Below, piece after piece: positions 49,474 to 60,916 of a DNA stretch of 64,000 nucleotides (the stretch's first letter is position 1; each line of letters opens with the position of its first letter). Made by a program: the position numbers and the translations under genes. The stretch is from the sequence record LC727698.1; one strand, written 5' to 3'. Below the pieces are notes generated by a model. It was not told where the DNA came from. It saw only the letters and a program-made list of their open reading frames with translations, and did no database searches.

Positions 49474-50559
49474 ATGAATATTAATATATGGTATACTAAC
49501 GTAGAACTACAAACAAAAACAAAGAAACAAGTACAGATTTGGCCTAAAAAAATTACTAGTCCCGAACCTTCCTACAGTTTTACAAATTGTGTAAGAAATA
49601 TACAAAACGTATTTGACGAAATACATATTTTAAAGGATATATCTATTAGACACGGAAGTGCGAAAGTAATGCAAGCAGCAATATATATAAAAGAGATAGA
49701 TATGTATGGCAGATTTGATCTGAGGGCAGAATCTCTTGTAGAACTTTTACATACAAAAAACATTTCTGTTTCGGAAGGTGTAATTAAAGGTAAGTTTTCA
49801 TTTGATTTTAGTTCTAGTAGTTATAGAATTATTCCAGCAGATAATGTAATTTCTGCCAGTGCAAAGAAAACTGCAAAAGAACTAATTCCATTTAGGGCAT
49901 ATAAAGATAAAGTAGGAAATTCCGTTATATACCTAGGGAAGGCATCAACTGAATGTGGCAAACAATTATTTTTGACAATCGACTTGCCTAATCATCAAGA
50001 AGAAAAAGGTCTAGCAAAAATGGCAGTAGATCTTGTAGGCGGAAGATATGCATGGTATATAAATTCTGATCATAATGTGTATAAGAACGAATTTGAAAAA
50101 CTAAAATCATATGACGAAGACATGTACAATGTTATACTAAAATTAAAACAATTAGATGTAGGTGATCTATCAAGTATATATGAAAAGTATTTCTTAAAGG
50201 CGTTTTATTATTGCACAAAAGAAGGACATCGTGTATTTGACCGCAGATTTGATGTAGCAACCGGGCGGACGCTAGGCACCGGAAGTTATCTATATAGACT
50301 GCAATATACAGTAGGTGTTCCTCCGTTGTATCAAGAAATTGACGATATTAGCGAAATGTTTGTTAGTAGCGGAATTCCCGGAACATATGTAGCTATTCCC
50401 AAGAAATGGCTATCTTACAAATATATCAGTGCTAGCAACGCATTACCCTTATACGTAGACTTTAAAAATAAAATCGTCCGTAAAACAACTGTAACTGACG
50501 AAATTAACCCGTATGAATATGATGATGGTTTTATAAATGAAGTATTAAATCATATATAA
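49474..50559 (+). CDS. Hypothetical protein
   Basis: 361-aa ORF. Confidence 0.7.
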   Translation: MNINIWYTNVELQTKTKKQVQIWPKKITSPEPSYSFTNCVRNIQNVFDEIHILKDISIRHGSAKVMQAAIYIKEIDMYGRFDLRAESLVELLHTKNISVSEGVIKGKFSFDFSSSSYRIIPADNVISASAKKTAKELIPFRAYKDKVGNSVIYLGKASTECGKQLFLTIDLPNHQEEKGLAKMAVDLVGGRYAWYINSDHNVYKNEFEKLKSYDEDMYNVILKLKQLDVGDLSSIYEKYFLKAFYYCTKEGHRVFDRRFDVATGRTLGTGSYLYRLQYTVGVPPLYQEIDDISEMFVSSGIPGTYVAIPKKWLSYKYISASNALPLYVDFKNKIVRKTTVTDEINPYEYDDGFINEVLNHI

Positions 50560-50623
50560 TTTATTTAATACGATACTAGACTATATATGGTATTCTTTTG
50601 TATGATATACAACGACAGTTGGG

Positions 50624-50783
50624 AATTTAAATGCTTTTTACAGTTGCTGCAAAGCATGCAAAATAACGCATACGTAAACAGCACAAAACACGCGCATAAT
50701 GCGTTGTTTGTGTGCTTTGTGTATACTGCACTACTATGCAAACTAGCATGCAAAATAACGCATTTTTGCAGCTATAACGCTAG
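50624..50783. repeat. GA/GG/TC/CC-free tract B with a 19-bp direct repeat
   Basis: 160 nt; AGCATGCAAAATAACGCAT at 50653-50671 and 50745-50763. Confidence 0.85.
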
Positions 50784-51001
50784 GGGTACGTATTCTTACA
50801 AATATAATAATTCGCTAGAATAATGTATATTTTTAAATTCTAAATTTAACCTATCTTATAATATACATTACGGAAATGTTACAATTAAAAATTTATTATC
50901 TCAGACTTTATGCACATTCAATCTTATAATACTATATTAAATACAAGTAAAAATATATTTATTGATTTGCAAGTAACATTTAACAAACGGAGTATATTTT
51001 A

Positions 51002-52906
51002 ATGGTCTCTGTTAATATACCGTTAATTGTATCTAATAAAATATATAAAATGGAATTTGAATATAGCAAGGATGATGTGTTATATTTGTGTATGTATAGT
51101 GACAATAATACATATCTACATAATATAATAGTCAATACAGAATTCTCTATGCTTTTTGTTCAATGTATGGGTAAAACTATACCACTAGAATCAATATTAT
51201 ATATCCAGTCAAATATAAAAACAATAAGTGTGACTGATGACTATGGCTGTATAACCCTACATAACGATACATTTTGTTTATGTACTGGATATTTTCAGGA
51301 AAAAGTTAAATTTTTTGCAGATTAAATATGAATGAACAAATTATATTATGTTTCCAAGCATGCGTTAATAAATTTGTCTACTTAGGAAACCCAAAAATAA
51401 GATTATTTGGAATCGGTAAAAGTGTCAAGATATCTGCACGGAATTATAACAATATGGATATAGGTTCGTTTAGCAGTAATTTGAAATTTTTATTATATAT
51501 CGATAGTATCCAAGATGTTGGAATATATGATGAAAATTTTATATTTTATATATCAATAAATTCAGACGAAATATCATTTTTGGGTTCTACAGGTACAGCA
51601 CAAGTAGATACTGAACTTGGAATTACTATATTCTTTACCCGCACCAAAACATAATCTTAAATTATGATATTCATTGCACAGCGACTGTTACATAAAATAA
51701 CATATAATAAAAATGCAATACTGTTCGGTTGTTTTAACAGTGGATATTTTTTAATTAATAGAAAAAGTGGTATTGGATTCTTATTTACAGATATATGTAT
51801 GAAACGAATAAAATGCATTTATTTCATATTATATATTTCGCGTAATACTAATACTATAGGCAAAGATGCAATCTATATTAAAGATTTAGAACTATTAAGA
51901 GCAATGCACATACTTCGATGAATATAAATTTAATACTGATACTTCAAAGATGTACGTCTGTAATAGGAGGATTCCAGCGCGCCGGCGCAACACTTATTCA
52001 TATTTATAGTGATTCTAATTTATCTGCTATAATGACGTTACACAAAAGAAGATGCAAATGCATTGTATTTACTGACATTTTGTTTAACGACATTAAAGAC
52101 GGTTCTATAGATATCATTATCTATATAAGTAAGAATGCAAACCGAATACCCTATAACTTTGCCTACATAGAAACATCTGTTACAGATGAATCTTCTGTTC
52201 CTTTACACGATATGACAGGAATATGAATAATCCTATATATAATTTTATACTTGCAAGACGAATATGCAAACGGTATAGAATAAAATTCAATCCATTTGTA
52301 AAATTAGATACAGGAAGTTTACAAATAGATAACGTAGGTAAAATAACAGTTAACGTAAATGTATTTAATAGTAATTTTATACCTATATTTTGGCACGAAA
52401 TAGGGCATTATATTCATCATACATTAGTTAATTATAAAATTTATTTAGATTACTATGCTCCTATTTGTCCTACACACGGGTATCTTTTATATAATAAGAC
52501 ACAAGATTTTTATAAATGTCTTTATTCCGAAATGTTTGCTAGTAGATTTGCACTAAAGGTGTGCGGAGCAAAACATAAGAACTACCTCATAAAATGTTTT
52601 CACACATACACTTCTGCTGCATTTAAAACCAACATCGCCAGCCAATCTAAATTTACAAGATTTGTAGATTTTGTAGAAAAACTTTCTAGAAAATTAGATA
52701 GATATTAATATATGAACACTTATGATTATATAAGACAGAATAACGACAAAATAGTTACATTTGAAACTATATTACATATAAGCAGTAGAAGTAGAGTAAT
52801 AAGACTGCATTACAATTTTAGTTATATTTTACAACGAATGTCTCTAATTCTACCAGATAAACGTGGGAACCTGGTAATTAAATACTTTTATTACCGAAGT
52901 GTATGA
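51002..52906 (+). other. Run of six small coupled hypothetical ORFs (51002, 51328, 51664, 51918, 52223, 52712)
   Basis: Tightly packed. 52223..52708 carries HEIGH (HExxH). Confidence 0.5.
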
Positions 52907-52993
52907 AATATATTTCGTGTATATTATATAACTTTCTGTTCACTACTTATATAAAAGTACATTCCAAAAATATTGTAAATATAGTATAGTTTT

Positions 52994-53196
52994 CATATAA
53001 AAGTATGCGTATAATTTGCACATATAACGCAATAACGCAGCAACAAACAAAACGTAATAAAAAAAATGTTGCAATAGCTTAAAAGTTTTAGTATAATAAG
53101 CACATAACAACGCAATACAGTTTACAAACAAAACGTAATAAAAAATGTTGCAATAGCTTAAAAGTTTTAGTATAATAAGCGTATAATGCAGCATAG
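52994..53196. repeat. GA/GG/TC/CC-free tract C containing a tandem 57-59 bp duplication
   Basis: 203 nt; copies at 53043-53101 and 53124-53180. Confidence 0.88.
53069..53176 (+). promoter_or_regulatory. Tandem sigma70-like promoters of the tRNA array
   Basis: TTGCAA-N17-TATAAT at 53069-53097 and 53148-53176, each with an upstream A-tract. Confidence 0.8.
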
Positions 53197-53211
53197 ATAA
53201 CAAGTTAAAAC

Positions 53212-53288
53212 CCCTCGGTAGCTCAGTTGGTTAGAGCGCGCGACTCATAATCGCTAGGTCACTGGTTCGAATCCAGTTCGAGGGACCA
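53212..53288 (+). tRNA. tRNA(CAU), Ile2-like
   Basis: Cloverleaf; anticodon arm GCGA-CTCATAA-TCGCT as in bacterial tRNA-Ile2; CCA encoded. Confidence 0.85.
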
Positions 53289-53310
53289 ATTTTAAGATGT
53301 TGTGCTTTTA

Positions 53311-53395
53311 GCCCGAGTGGTGAAATTGGTAGACACAGGAGACTTAAAATCTCCCGCTTCACAGCGTACCGGTTCGAGTCCGGTCTCGGGTACCA
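53311..53395 (+). tRNA. tRNA-Leu(UAA)
   Basis: GGAGA-CTTAAAA-TCTCC; long variable arm; CCA. Confidence 0.95.
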
Positions 53396-53445
53396 AACAA
53401 AAGATATAAATACTTAACAAGATAGGAAACTATTCTAAAATTAAA

Positions 53446-53521
53446 TGGCTAGTAGCTCAGTTGGTAGAGCAAATGACTGTTAATCATTGGGTCGTAGGTT
53501 CGAGTCCTACCTAGCCAGCCA
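53446..53521 (+). tRNA. tRNA-Asn(GUU)
   Basis: AATGA-CTGTTAA-TCATT; G73, CCA. Confidence 0.95.
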
Positions 53522-53547
53522 ATTACACTTTGTTGTATATTCAATAT

Positions 53548-53623
<76 letters not shown>

Positions 53624-53692
53624 ATTTTAAATAACAGTTGTATCTAAAGAGATACAATAGTCTAAATAAAATATTCATATAATGTTTCAAAC

Positions 53693-53769
53693 GGGACTTT
53701 AGCTCAGTTGGTTAGAGCGCGCGACTCATAATCGCTAGGTCACTGGTTCGAATCCAGTAAGTCCCACCA
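53693..53769 (+). tRNA. tRNA(CAU), Ile2-like, second copy
   Basis: Body identical to 53212..53288; acceptor stem GGGACTT/AAGTCCC. Confidence 0.85.
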
Positions 53770-53819
53770 ATTTTTATATACAAATCAAACTATACTTAAA
53801 CTATATAATGAATGAATAT

Positions 53820-53904
53820 GCCCGGTTGGTGAAATCGGTAGACACAGGAGACTTAAAATCTCCCGACGAAAGTCGTGCCAGTTCGAGTCTGGCACCGGGC
53901 ACCA
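53820..53904 (+). tRNA. tRNA-Leu(UAA), second copy
   Basis: Same anticodon arm as 53311; different variable and T arms; CCA. Confidence 0.95.
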
Positions 53905-54768
53905 AACTCCTACAAAAGGAACATATTATAGTATGTTCCTTTTTTATTATGATATTTTTATTATGAATGAAATAATGCATATATCTGCCAACACATACGT
54001 AATAGAATATCGCGTATTAAACAAGTTAGTAGTCACTATAAAAAATAATAGATCTTTTACATTATGGGTACATTTTGATATCGGTACATTTTCTATGGCA
54101 TGGAAATACAATGCAATATAGAATTAAAAAATGAAATACATTATTAATTTACAATACTCAACAGAAGTAATATATATGCCGTGTTTCAACATAATATCGT
54201 TATGCGATAATAGATCTGTTACTATCCTTTCTATTACTATGATATTTAAGATAAGATACTATTTGCATCCGATGTTCCGTTATATTCTATAATACATAAT
54301 ATTTTTATTGTAACAAATACCAGAAGTTCTTAGATAATATATAGCAATTCTGTTTATTATCGATATTGCGGTATACTTAGTATTTCTTATTAACCGTATT
54401 ACATAGAATAAAGAATGGAAAAAATTTTAACTATTTCACATAAAACATTAATATGTGAACTGTCGTTATTAAAATGGTCGAAATCCATAGTTTGTGCATA
54501 TTCTGGCGAAATAATATGGTATGTTCGGTTGCATAAGAAATGTTATGTAGTACAGCTAAGATGATAATGAACTGTATTTTTTCCTATTCGTACTATTTAG
54601 AACGCATCGTATGTCATGCAAAAATCTACAAAGGGTTTGTAGTCAGTAAAAATACTTTTTGTGAGAAATCCGTAATAGCTTTATACTTAATAAATAGTGG
54701 TAGTTATTTTCATAAATGTTACGTCGATCATTACTTAATTGTATAGATATATATTTTAATAAAAATAG

Positions 54769-54797
54769 TTGACCAAACGCACAAAACAGTATATAAT
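54769..54797 (+). promoter_or_regulatory. Sigma70-like promoter for tRNA-Arg
   Basis: TTGACC-N17-TATAAT. Confidence 0.75.
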
Positions 54798-54848
54798 GTT
54801 ACGCATACAAAGCATTATTACAAAGCTATCATTAGTTGCACAAGATAT

Positions 54849-54925
54849 GCGCTCGTAGCTCAGCTGGATAGAGCATCCGCCTTCTAAGCGGATGGTCGGG
54901 GGTTCGAATCCCTCCGGGCGCGCCA
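54849..54925 (+). tRNA. tRNA-Arg(UCU)
   Basis: TCCGC-CTTCTAA-GCGGA; CCA. Confidence 0.95.
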
Positions 54926-54946
54926 ATTTTTAAAGAGTGTTGTGTT

Positions 54947-55788
54947 ATGCAAACAATAAGATTTGACATAAGACTTCTCGATTATAGTAAGAAACAAGGC
55001 TTTTGCTGTATAGGTAAAGATATATTCGAAGTGTGCAGAAAAACTCGGATCAGTCCAGGACAGTTAAACTTACGAAAAGATTATATAGGACGAGTATTAG
55101 TATGGATTGATTCGAACTATAATCTGCACAATACCTGTTTAGTAGGCTGGACTCGGTATAAAAAATTTATTCATAATTAATAATATGAATAGATGCAAAG
55201 AACATCTACAATACAGAACAATCAAAAAGCATACATTAACTTGTAGGAAATGCAAAGAGTTATCGTTACAAATAAAATTATTTTGGCTTCAACAACAAGC
55301 ATTCAGTATTAGAACTGATACTAGCGGAATATACATATTCGATAATAAATATAATTCTATTTACGTATACTCTGTGGCTTGGTATAATACAGAATTATAC
55401 GGTAAAGGGACAATAATTTTAGAATAAACATGTATATATAAGAGTACCTCAATTAATGAATAATTATTCTAATGATACAGATATTCTAAAATGGATAAAG
55501 CGTAACAATAGAAAAAATGCACGTCTAATTTCATATATAGACGGAATATATAATATTGTTTATTTCGATGGCGGAAAAGCAAGAGTTGGCATAGTAAAAG
55601 ACAATATGCACTGCAGATACGGAATACATAGTCGTGGATCTATGTATTCGAAAGATATAATGAGCCTGTGGCAATCTAGTACAGGTTCGTGTTCGCCTGA
55701 TGATGTAAAGATTATGCAAGATTATCTAGACGATAAATGTATGCTTCCGGAATTTGATTTTTCTCAGATTAAAAATTTAAAATGGTAA
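54947..55788 (+). other. Three small hypothetical ORFs between tRNA genes (54947, 55185, 55456)
   Basis: Packed ORFs of 77-110 aa. Confidence 0.5.
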
Positions 55789-55811
55789 ATAATATAACAA
55801 TATAGTTTTAT

Positions 55812-55888
55812 CGCAGGGTATGCAAGAGGTCTAAGCAGAAAGGCTCATAACCTTTTTATCGTGGGTTCGAATCCCACCCCTGCAACCA
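55812..55888 (+). tRNA. tRNA-Met(CAU), initiator-like
   Basis: C1:A72 mismatch; anticodon arm AAAGG-CTCATAA-CCTTT; CCA. Confidence 0.85.
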
Positions 55889-55897
55889 GTTTTATAT

Positions 55898-55974
55898 CTA
55901 GGCATAGCTCAAGTAGGTAGAGCACTTGCTTTGGGAGCAAGAGGTTGGGGATTCGAGGTCTCCTGCCTAGACCA
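55898..55974 (+). tRNA. tRNA-Pro(UGG)
   Basis: CTTGC-TTTGGGA-GCAAG; C1-G72, A73, CCA. Confidence 0.9.
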
Positions 55975-55983
55975 ATTTACTAT

Positions 55984-56056
55984 GCAGTCCTAGCTCAATT
56001 GGTAGAGCACTGTCCTTCCAAGTCAGATGTTACGGGTTCGAGTCCCGTGGGCTGCT
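55984..56056 (+). tRNA. tRNA-Gly(UCC), CCA not encoded
   Basis: CTGTC-CTTCCAA-GTCAG (one T-T mismatch); U73 followed by CAA. Confidence 0.8.
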
Positions 56057-56813
56057 CAATATTCTAATATAATTGATTAGTATATCTAATCGATGGTTAG
56101 TGTAGTGGATGCATATGGAAATATAGAAGTATTAGTTATGCCATCTAACATAACGGTACTAGAATTACAGGCATATACAACAGAGCTATTGTATGTAAGA
56201 AAATCTCATTGTTTATGTTTATACCTTCCTGATATAGGAAATTATGCTTTATGGTTTTTTTAGACAGATAGGATAAAAATATAAATTGATATTATTCTGT
56301 TTAAGGAACTAGAATTAAATGGCAGGTTGCTTATTTAGACTAGATTTGTCTATTTTTCGTGAAAATGTATATAGTATTTCTAGTTTGTCTTATACAAAAT
56401 CTATATGCATTTCAATAAAAACTAAACCGACAAGCAATAGAAAACAATTAGAAATATATGTTGTAGATAAAACAACTGATTTTTTAGTTGCATGCAAGTA
56501 TTTTTAGCTTATCTATTTTGACTTGCCTTTAAAATAAATAACCATTATATATTTGATATAACAACTATTCTAAATAGAAATAAAACCATAAATACACATA
56601 ATAACGGTGTGGATTTATGGAAAACATATTTAGGATATCTATTAATGCTAACGAAGGTATTATACGAATATCCCCTACTTACTTTTTTAATGGTGTTTTT
56701 TATTCAAAGCATTTGAATATTTTTATAATAGATCCCGACGGATATCTAATAAGAAAAATATATACTTGTAGTACATTCTTATGATGATTTCTTTTAAATA
56801 TACAAAATAACAT

Positions 56814-56842
56814 TTGACAAAAGTATAATTATTTCGTATAAT
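56814..56842 (+). promoter_or_regulatory. Consensus sigma70 promoter
   Basis: TTGACA-N17-TATAAT. Confidence 0.85.
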
Positions 56843-56873
56843 AAGTGTATAAAATAACAAAAGAGAATTTTAA

Positions 56874-57233
56874 ATGATTTCCAAAATTCAAATTGTATAC
56901 GGAATATATCTTCCTACTGCCGATGCAAAAATTATATACGAAGACTCAGAATACGAATCTAATAAAATAAATAAAAATATTAGATTATTTGCAAATGATG
57001 ATTATTTAGAAGATAAGATTTTAGAAAATAAGGAATTCGAAGATAATCCCTATGTTCCGCACTTTTATGGTATCTTTTGTAAAGAATTCGATAATGACCA
57101 AAGTGCATACTTATATAATGTTCCTAAATCTTTTATAGATGAATATAATAATGTAGCTCCAGCTATTTTAGCTAGACTCGGTTATTTATATAGAGTTGCA
57201 GGAAAACAACCTTGTAGAATAATTTACGAATAG
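56874..57233 (+). CDS. Hypothetical protein
   Basis: ORF downstream of the consensus promoter. Confidence 0.65.
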   Translation: MISKIQIVYGIYLPTADAKIIYEDSEYESNKINKNIRLFANDDYLEDKILENKEFEDNPYVPHFYGIFCKEFDNDQSAYLYNVPKSFIDEYNNVAPAILARLGYLYRVAGKQPCRIIYE

Positions 57234-57247
57234 AATTAACTAGTTTT

Positions 57248-57337
57248 GGAGAGGTGATAGAGTCTGGTTTATTATACTAGTCTTGAAAACTAGCGGATCG
57301 AAAGGTCCCGTGGGTTCGAATCCCACCCTCTCCGCCA
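57248..57337 (+). tRNA. tRNA-Ser(UGA)
   Basis: CTAGT-CTTGAAA-ACTAG; long variable arm; G73, CCA. Confidence 0.92.
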
Positions 57338-57342
57338 AATAT

Positions 57343-57432
57343 AGATACTTGACCGAGTGGCTTAAGGTGCTTCCCTGCTAAGGAAGTGAGTTTGAAAAAG
57401 CTCCGTAGGTTCGAATCCTACAGTATCTGCCA
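57343..57432 (+). tRNA. tRNA-Ser(GCU)
   Basis: CTTCC-CTGCTAA-GGAAG; long variable arm; G73, CCA. Confidence 0.92.
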
Positions 57433-57438
57433 ACACAC

Positions 57439-57465
57439 AAGCGGAACAATTGTTCCGCTTTTTAT
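57439..57465 (+). terminator. Terminator after the tRNA array
   Basis: AAGCGGAACA-at-TGTTCCGCTTTTT. Confidence 0.85.
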
Positions 57466-57768
57466 TAACCTAATAAATGTTGTTTTATAATGAGTAACAT
57501 TATAAAACATATCTTTCGAAATTTCTAAAATAATTTGCAATAATATTTGTTTTAGTTATTATATAGAAAAAGATTACTAGACAAAGTATTATTGCAGATG
57601 TCAAATGCAATCAACTAATATTATTATCTAATTTAGCAAAATCAGAAAATACTCATTTAAATCAGTATAGTATTACATTCTGGTATTTTCCATTAAAACA
57701 ATAAATTTACAATTTTATTAATACACCGAGTATAGTATATTAAATATAAATCACACGAGGTCACAGTT

Positions 57769-59364
57769 ATGAACAAACATTTCGATATAATTGCCGAACT
57801 CGAATATCCTACTTATACTGTACAAGTAAGGAAATATCGCGACGATGGTAGATATGAGGTTGGCCAACAACCTAACGAGGGCGAGTATGTTGCACGCCAC
57901 GAAAATTGCACTGCCGACGACGCAATCCGCGTACTATCTCACTACTGCACAGCAGCCCTTTATAAAATAAAGAAACAATACTAATTAAATGAGAATATTT
58001 GTTATGTGTACAGATGCCGGTCCTTCGCCGGCATTTTGGCAAGAACCAAACTGTGGAATAACCTATGACACTAAAGATGCGTATGGCGATTTCAGTGTTA
58101 ATGACATATTCAATGTATTAGTAAACAAAGTAAACATAGTGTTATGTGCGAATGTGTCCAACTACGAGATATTAAGCTATTCTAGGTTCTTAAAATCATG
58201 CACATAATTAAACTATGTTCCATGTATCAATATCTCGAAATCATCATAGAAAATCTGCAGGACAAAACAACATCAATTATAATTAGATTCGAAGTACCGA
58301 CAGAGTATGGTAGTATTTCATCTTTCATATTTCATTTTAAAATACATAAGAAAACAACTAAAATAACTAATAATCTAAATGATTATTCTATTAGAATAAA
58401 TTATTTACATAACAGTTATATCAGATGGATTAATAACCCAAGAATGAAACTTTATAAATGATAAACATATTTAAAATACAGATGCACTTAGCACATATGA
58501 TATATTATCATTTATCTATATATACTATAGATTCATCGTCATCACCCATCGTTTTTATTAATTTAAATAATCCTAAACCCATATGGAACAGTCATTATGA
58601 AATTAAAGAGTATAATGAATGAACTTTGAGTATGTATTTAAATTAATCAATCTACTAAAAGTTTCTAGTTCGATAGAATGTATTTCGTTATCTAAATTTT
58701 ATAACGACTATGGCGTATATATAGAATACAAAAATAATAAAAAACTGCATCGCTTGTTAGACCATAACATTACTAGCCCAATCAACATTATAGAAGAAGA
58801 ACTAGAACGCATAATTAGAATTTCTGCATCTAATGTGAAAATATCACCAGTGTACAATCGTGCTACCCAGAAAGAAATATTAAATATGTGGATAAATTAT
58901 ACATTAATTTGGCGAAGAACATTTTATTCTAGTGCATATACAATGCAACCGTATTTGAAGGTAAAATAAATGACAATAGACGAATTTCTAGAACAATTAG
59001 ACTGTGCATGTACTGATGGCAATTGCATATTTCGCCCATCGCATCGGAAAGGAATGGTAACTAACGGCGGTTGTAAGTGTCTGTCAGACAGAAATAAACA
59101 CACTAATGTACTGAGGTATATTAATTTCTTAAAATCTAAAATAAAATGATAGATTACATCTTTAAATTAAGTTCCTATTGTTTAATTTTTATAGATTCAT
59201 CACGCCATTATGGTGTACACTACGATCTGGCAGAATATTTTTCAGACGGTTCTATATGGTATAAATGGTCTTACGAGACTACTTCGCACAACGATACTCA
59301 GTATAATAAAGGAAAATACACAAAAAGTTTTATATACTTAATGGAAGGAAAATATTCAGCATGA
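57769..59364 (+). other. Run of small hypothetical ORFs (57769, 57989, 58198, 58619, 58970..59149, 59146)
   Basis: Coupled starts and stops. 58970..59149 is a 59-aa Cys-rich ORF below the track cutoff. Confidence 0.5.
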
Positions 59365-59879
59365 AAGGGTATGATTTAATTAAAGAATATTATGGTACCC
59401 GGGTTGCTAAACGTTCCGGGATTCCGTTAATGAACCATATAGATGAAGGTCTAAAAATTTTAGATACAATAAATTCTTCATACGAAGTAAAAGAAGCATT
59501 TTGTTTACATCCTTTGCTCCAAAATAACGAAGAATTTGAAAATAACTATGATTTAGTAGTAAGCACAGGCGGTCTGGTAACAAAAAGTATTCTTCTTGCA
59601 ATGGAATATAGACATAAAGCAAATACATATTTGTGTAAAAAAGAAACAGATCATTGGACAGTTGAATATGCATCTAAAAAAATAGGTCATATTATTCATC
59701 CTGTAAAAGAAATGCTAATAGCAGATAAGGTTCAAAATTTCAAAGATTTTAAAATATATCATAAAGACACCCACAAAAGATCTCATCAGTTATCTAAATA
59801 TTTTAAAAATTGGTTAACAATCTTAGAAATATCCGACGTCGACGCTAAAGATTTAGAACAAGTGTGTTATAAAGATTAA
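59361..59879 (+). CDS. Hypothetical protein with HD-domain-like (Mesh1/SpoT-like) pattern
   Basis: PLMNH...AFCLHP...LIADKVQNFKD; HD replaced by HP. Confidence 0.4.
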   Translation: MKGYDLIKEYYGTRVAKRSGIPLMNHIDEGLKILDTINSSYEVKEAFCLHPLLQNNEEFENNYDLVVSTGGLVTKSILLAMEYRHKANTYLCKKETDHWTVEYASKKIGHIIHPVKEMLIADKVQNFKDFKIYHKDTHKRSHQLSKYFKNWLTILEISDVDAKDLEQVCYKD

Positions 59880-59940
59880 CACGCATTAGATTTATAAATG
59901 CAATGCCACTAAATATCTTTAATTATGTAGGAGATATATT

Positions 59941-60579
59941 ATGTGGCAACAGCGTTGGGCATTAGTTGGAGACTCTATCCAGGCATGGGTATTAGAAAAT
60001 AGTAATAGTGGTATTATTCCGAGGGCAGATAAACTCACTGCATCTATGATACCGTTTAAAGTAAACGCATCTATACAGAACGTGTCTGTCCCGGGTATGC
60101 GTTTAGCAAAAGGAACTGATCCTAGTGATCCGTTTGATATTACTTCATTAAGCAAATTACATGGATTTTTCGGGTTAAACGGAGTTGTGTGTACATTAGG
60201 TACAAACGACTACGGAAGTCCATACGTAACTACAGTCGATTATTTTTATGCTTTAACTGATTTTTTGAATGCAGCAATATCGTTAACTATACCTGTTGTA
60301 ATTGTTTCGCCTATATGGCGACAAGATAAGGATACATCTGTATTAAAATACGACGGAACGACTAATGTACTTGCAGATTTTCAAAATACAGCACAATGGG
60401 TTACTTCACTTGTTTCTGCTAATAATAGTAATGTCTATTTTATAGATGGGAAACAAGCACCTGTCCAAAATGCAACATATTTTGGCGATGGATTGCATTT
60501 AAATGCTGCCGGTCATGCTAAATTTTGCACATGGTTAGTAAATGAAATGAAATCCAAAAATCTTTGGCAACAATATTAA
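59941..60579 (+). CDS. SGNH/GDSL hydrolase
   Basis: LVGDSI, LGTND, DGLHLN. Confidence 0.88.
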   Translation: MWQQRWALVGDSIQAWVLENSNSGIIPRADKLTASMIPFKVNASIQNVSVPGMRLAKGTDPSDPFDITSLSKLHGFFGLNGVVCTLGTNDYGSPYVTTVDYFYALTDFLNAAISLTIPVVIVSPIWRQDKDTSVLKYDGTTNVLADFQNTAQWVTSLVSANNSNVYFIDGKQAPVQNATYFGDGLHLNAAGHAKFCTWLVNEMKSKNLWQQY

Positions 60580-60580
60580 T

Positions 60581-60612
60581 AAAACATTGCCCGCATTAGC
60601 GGGCAATGTTTT
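60581..60612. terminator. Rho-independent terminator
   Basis: AAAACATTGCCCGC-atta-GCGGGCAATGTTTT. Confidence 0.85.
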
Positions 60613-60685
60613 ATTGTATTTTTATTTTTCTTATGCTATTATACAAATAATAAATAATGGACGTTTAATAACAAGGAAATGTTTT

Positions 60686-60916
60686 ATGAGTTCAGAATTT
60701 GATATAGATGACAGCGGACTTGCTGAAACCCACGAACAAATTGTAGAAAAAGCTGTAAGTAAAATACGAAAAGAAATGGCAAGAAATTCTGGCTATACCG
60801 AATGTATAGATTGCGGAGAAGAAATAGGAGAAGAAAGAAAACGTATACTGCCAAGCGCAACAAAATGTGTGGAATGCCAGTCGTTGTTTGATCTGAGAAA
60901 TAAGTTATACAAATGA
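60686..60916 (+). CDS. DksA/TraR C4-type zinc-finger protein
   Basis: ATG at 60686 after AAGGA; CIDCGEEI..ER..ILP.A..CVECQ; acidic DIDD N-terminus. Confidence 0.85.
   Translation: MSSEFDIDDSGLAETHEQIVEKAVSKIRKEMARNSGYTECIDCGEEIGEERKRILPSATKCVECQSLFDLRNKLYK

Noticed and set aside
50565-50823. ORFs 50565..50753 (-) and 50587..50823 (+), also 52943..53203 (-)
   Set aside because: They overlap the GR-free repeat tracts, have skewed composition and lack an RBS; likely artefacts.
56090-56170. Possible degenerate tRNA (GGTTAGTGTAGTGG...)
   Set aside because: No T arm or acceptor stem could be built.
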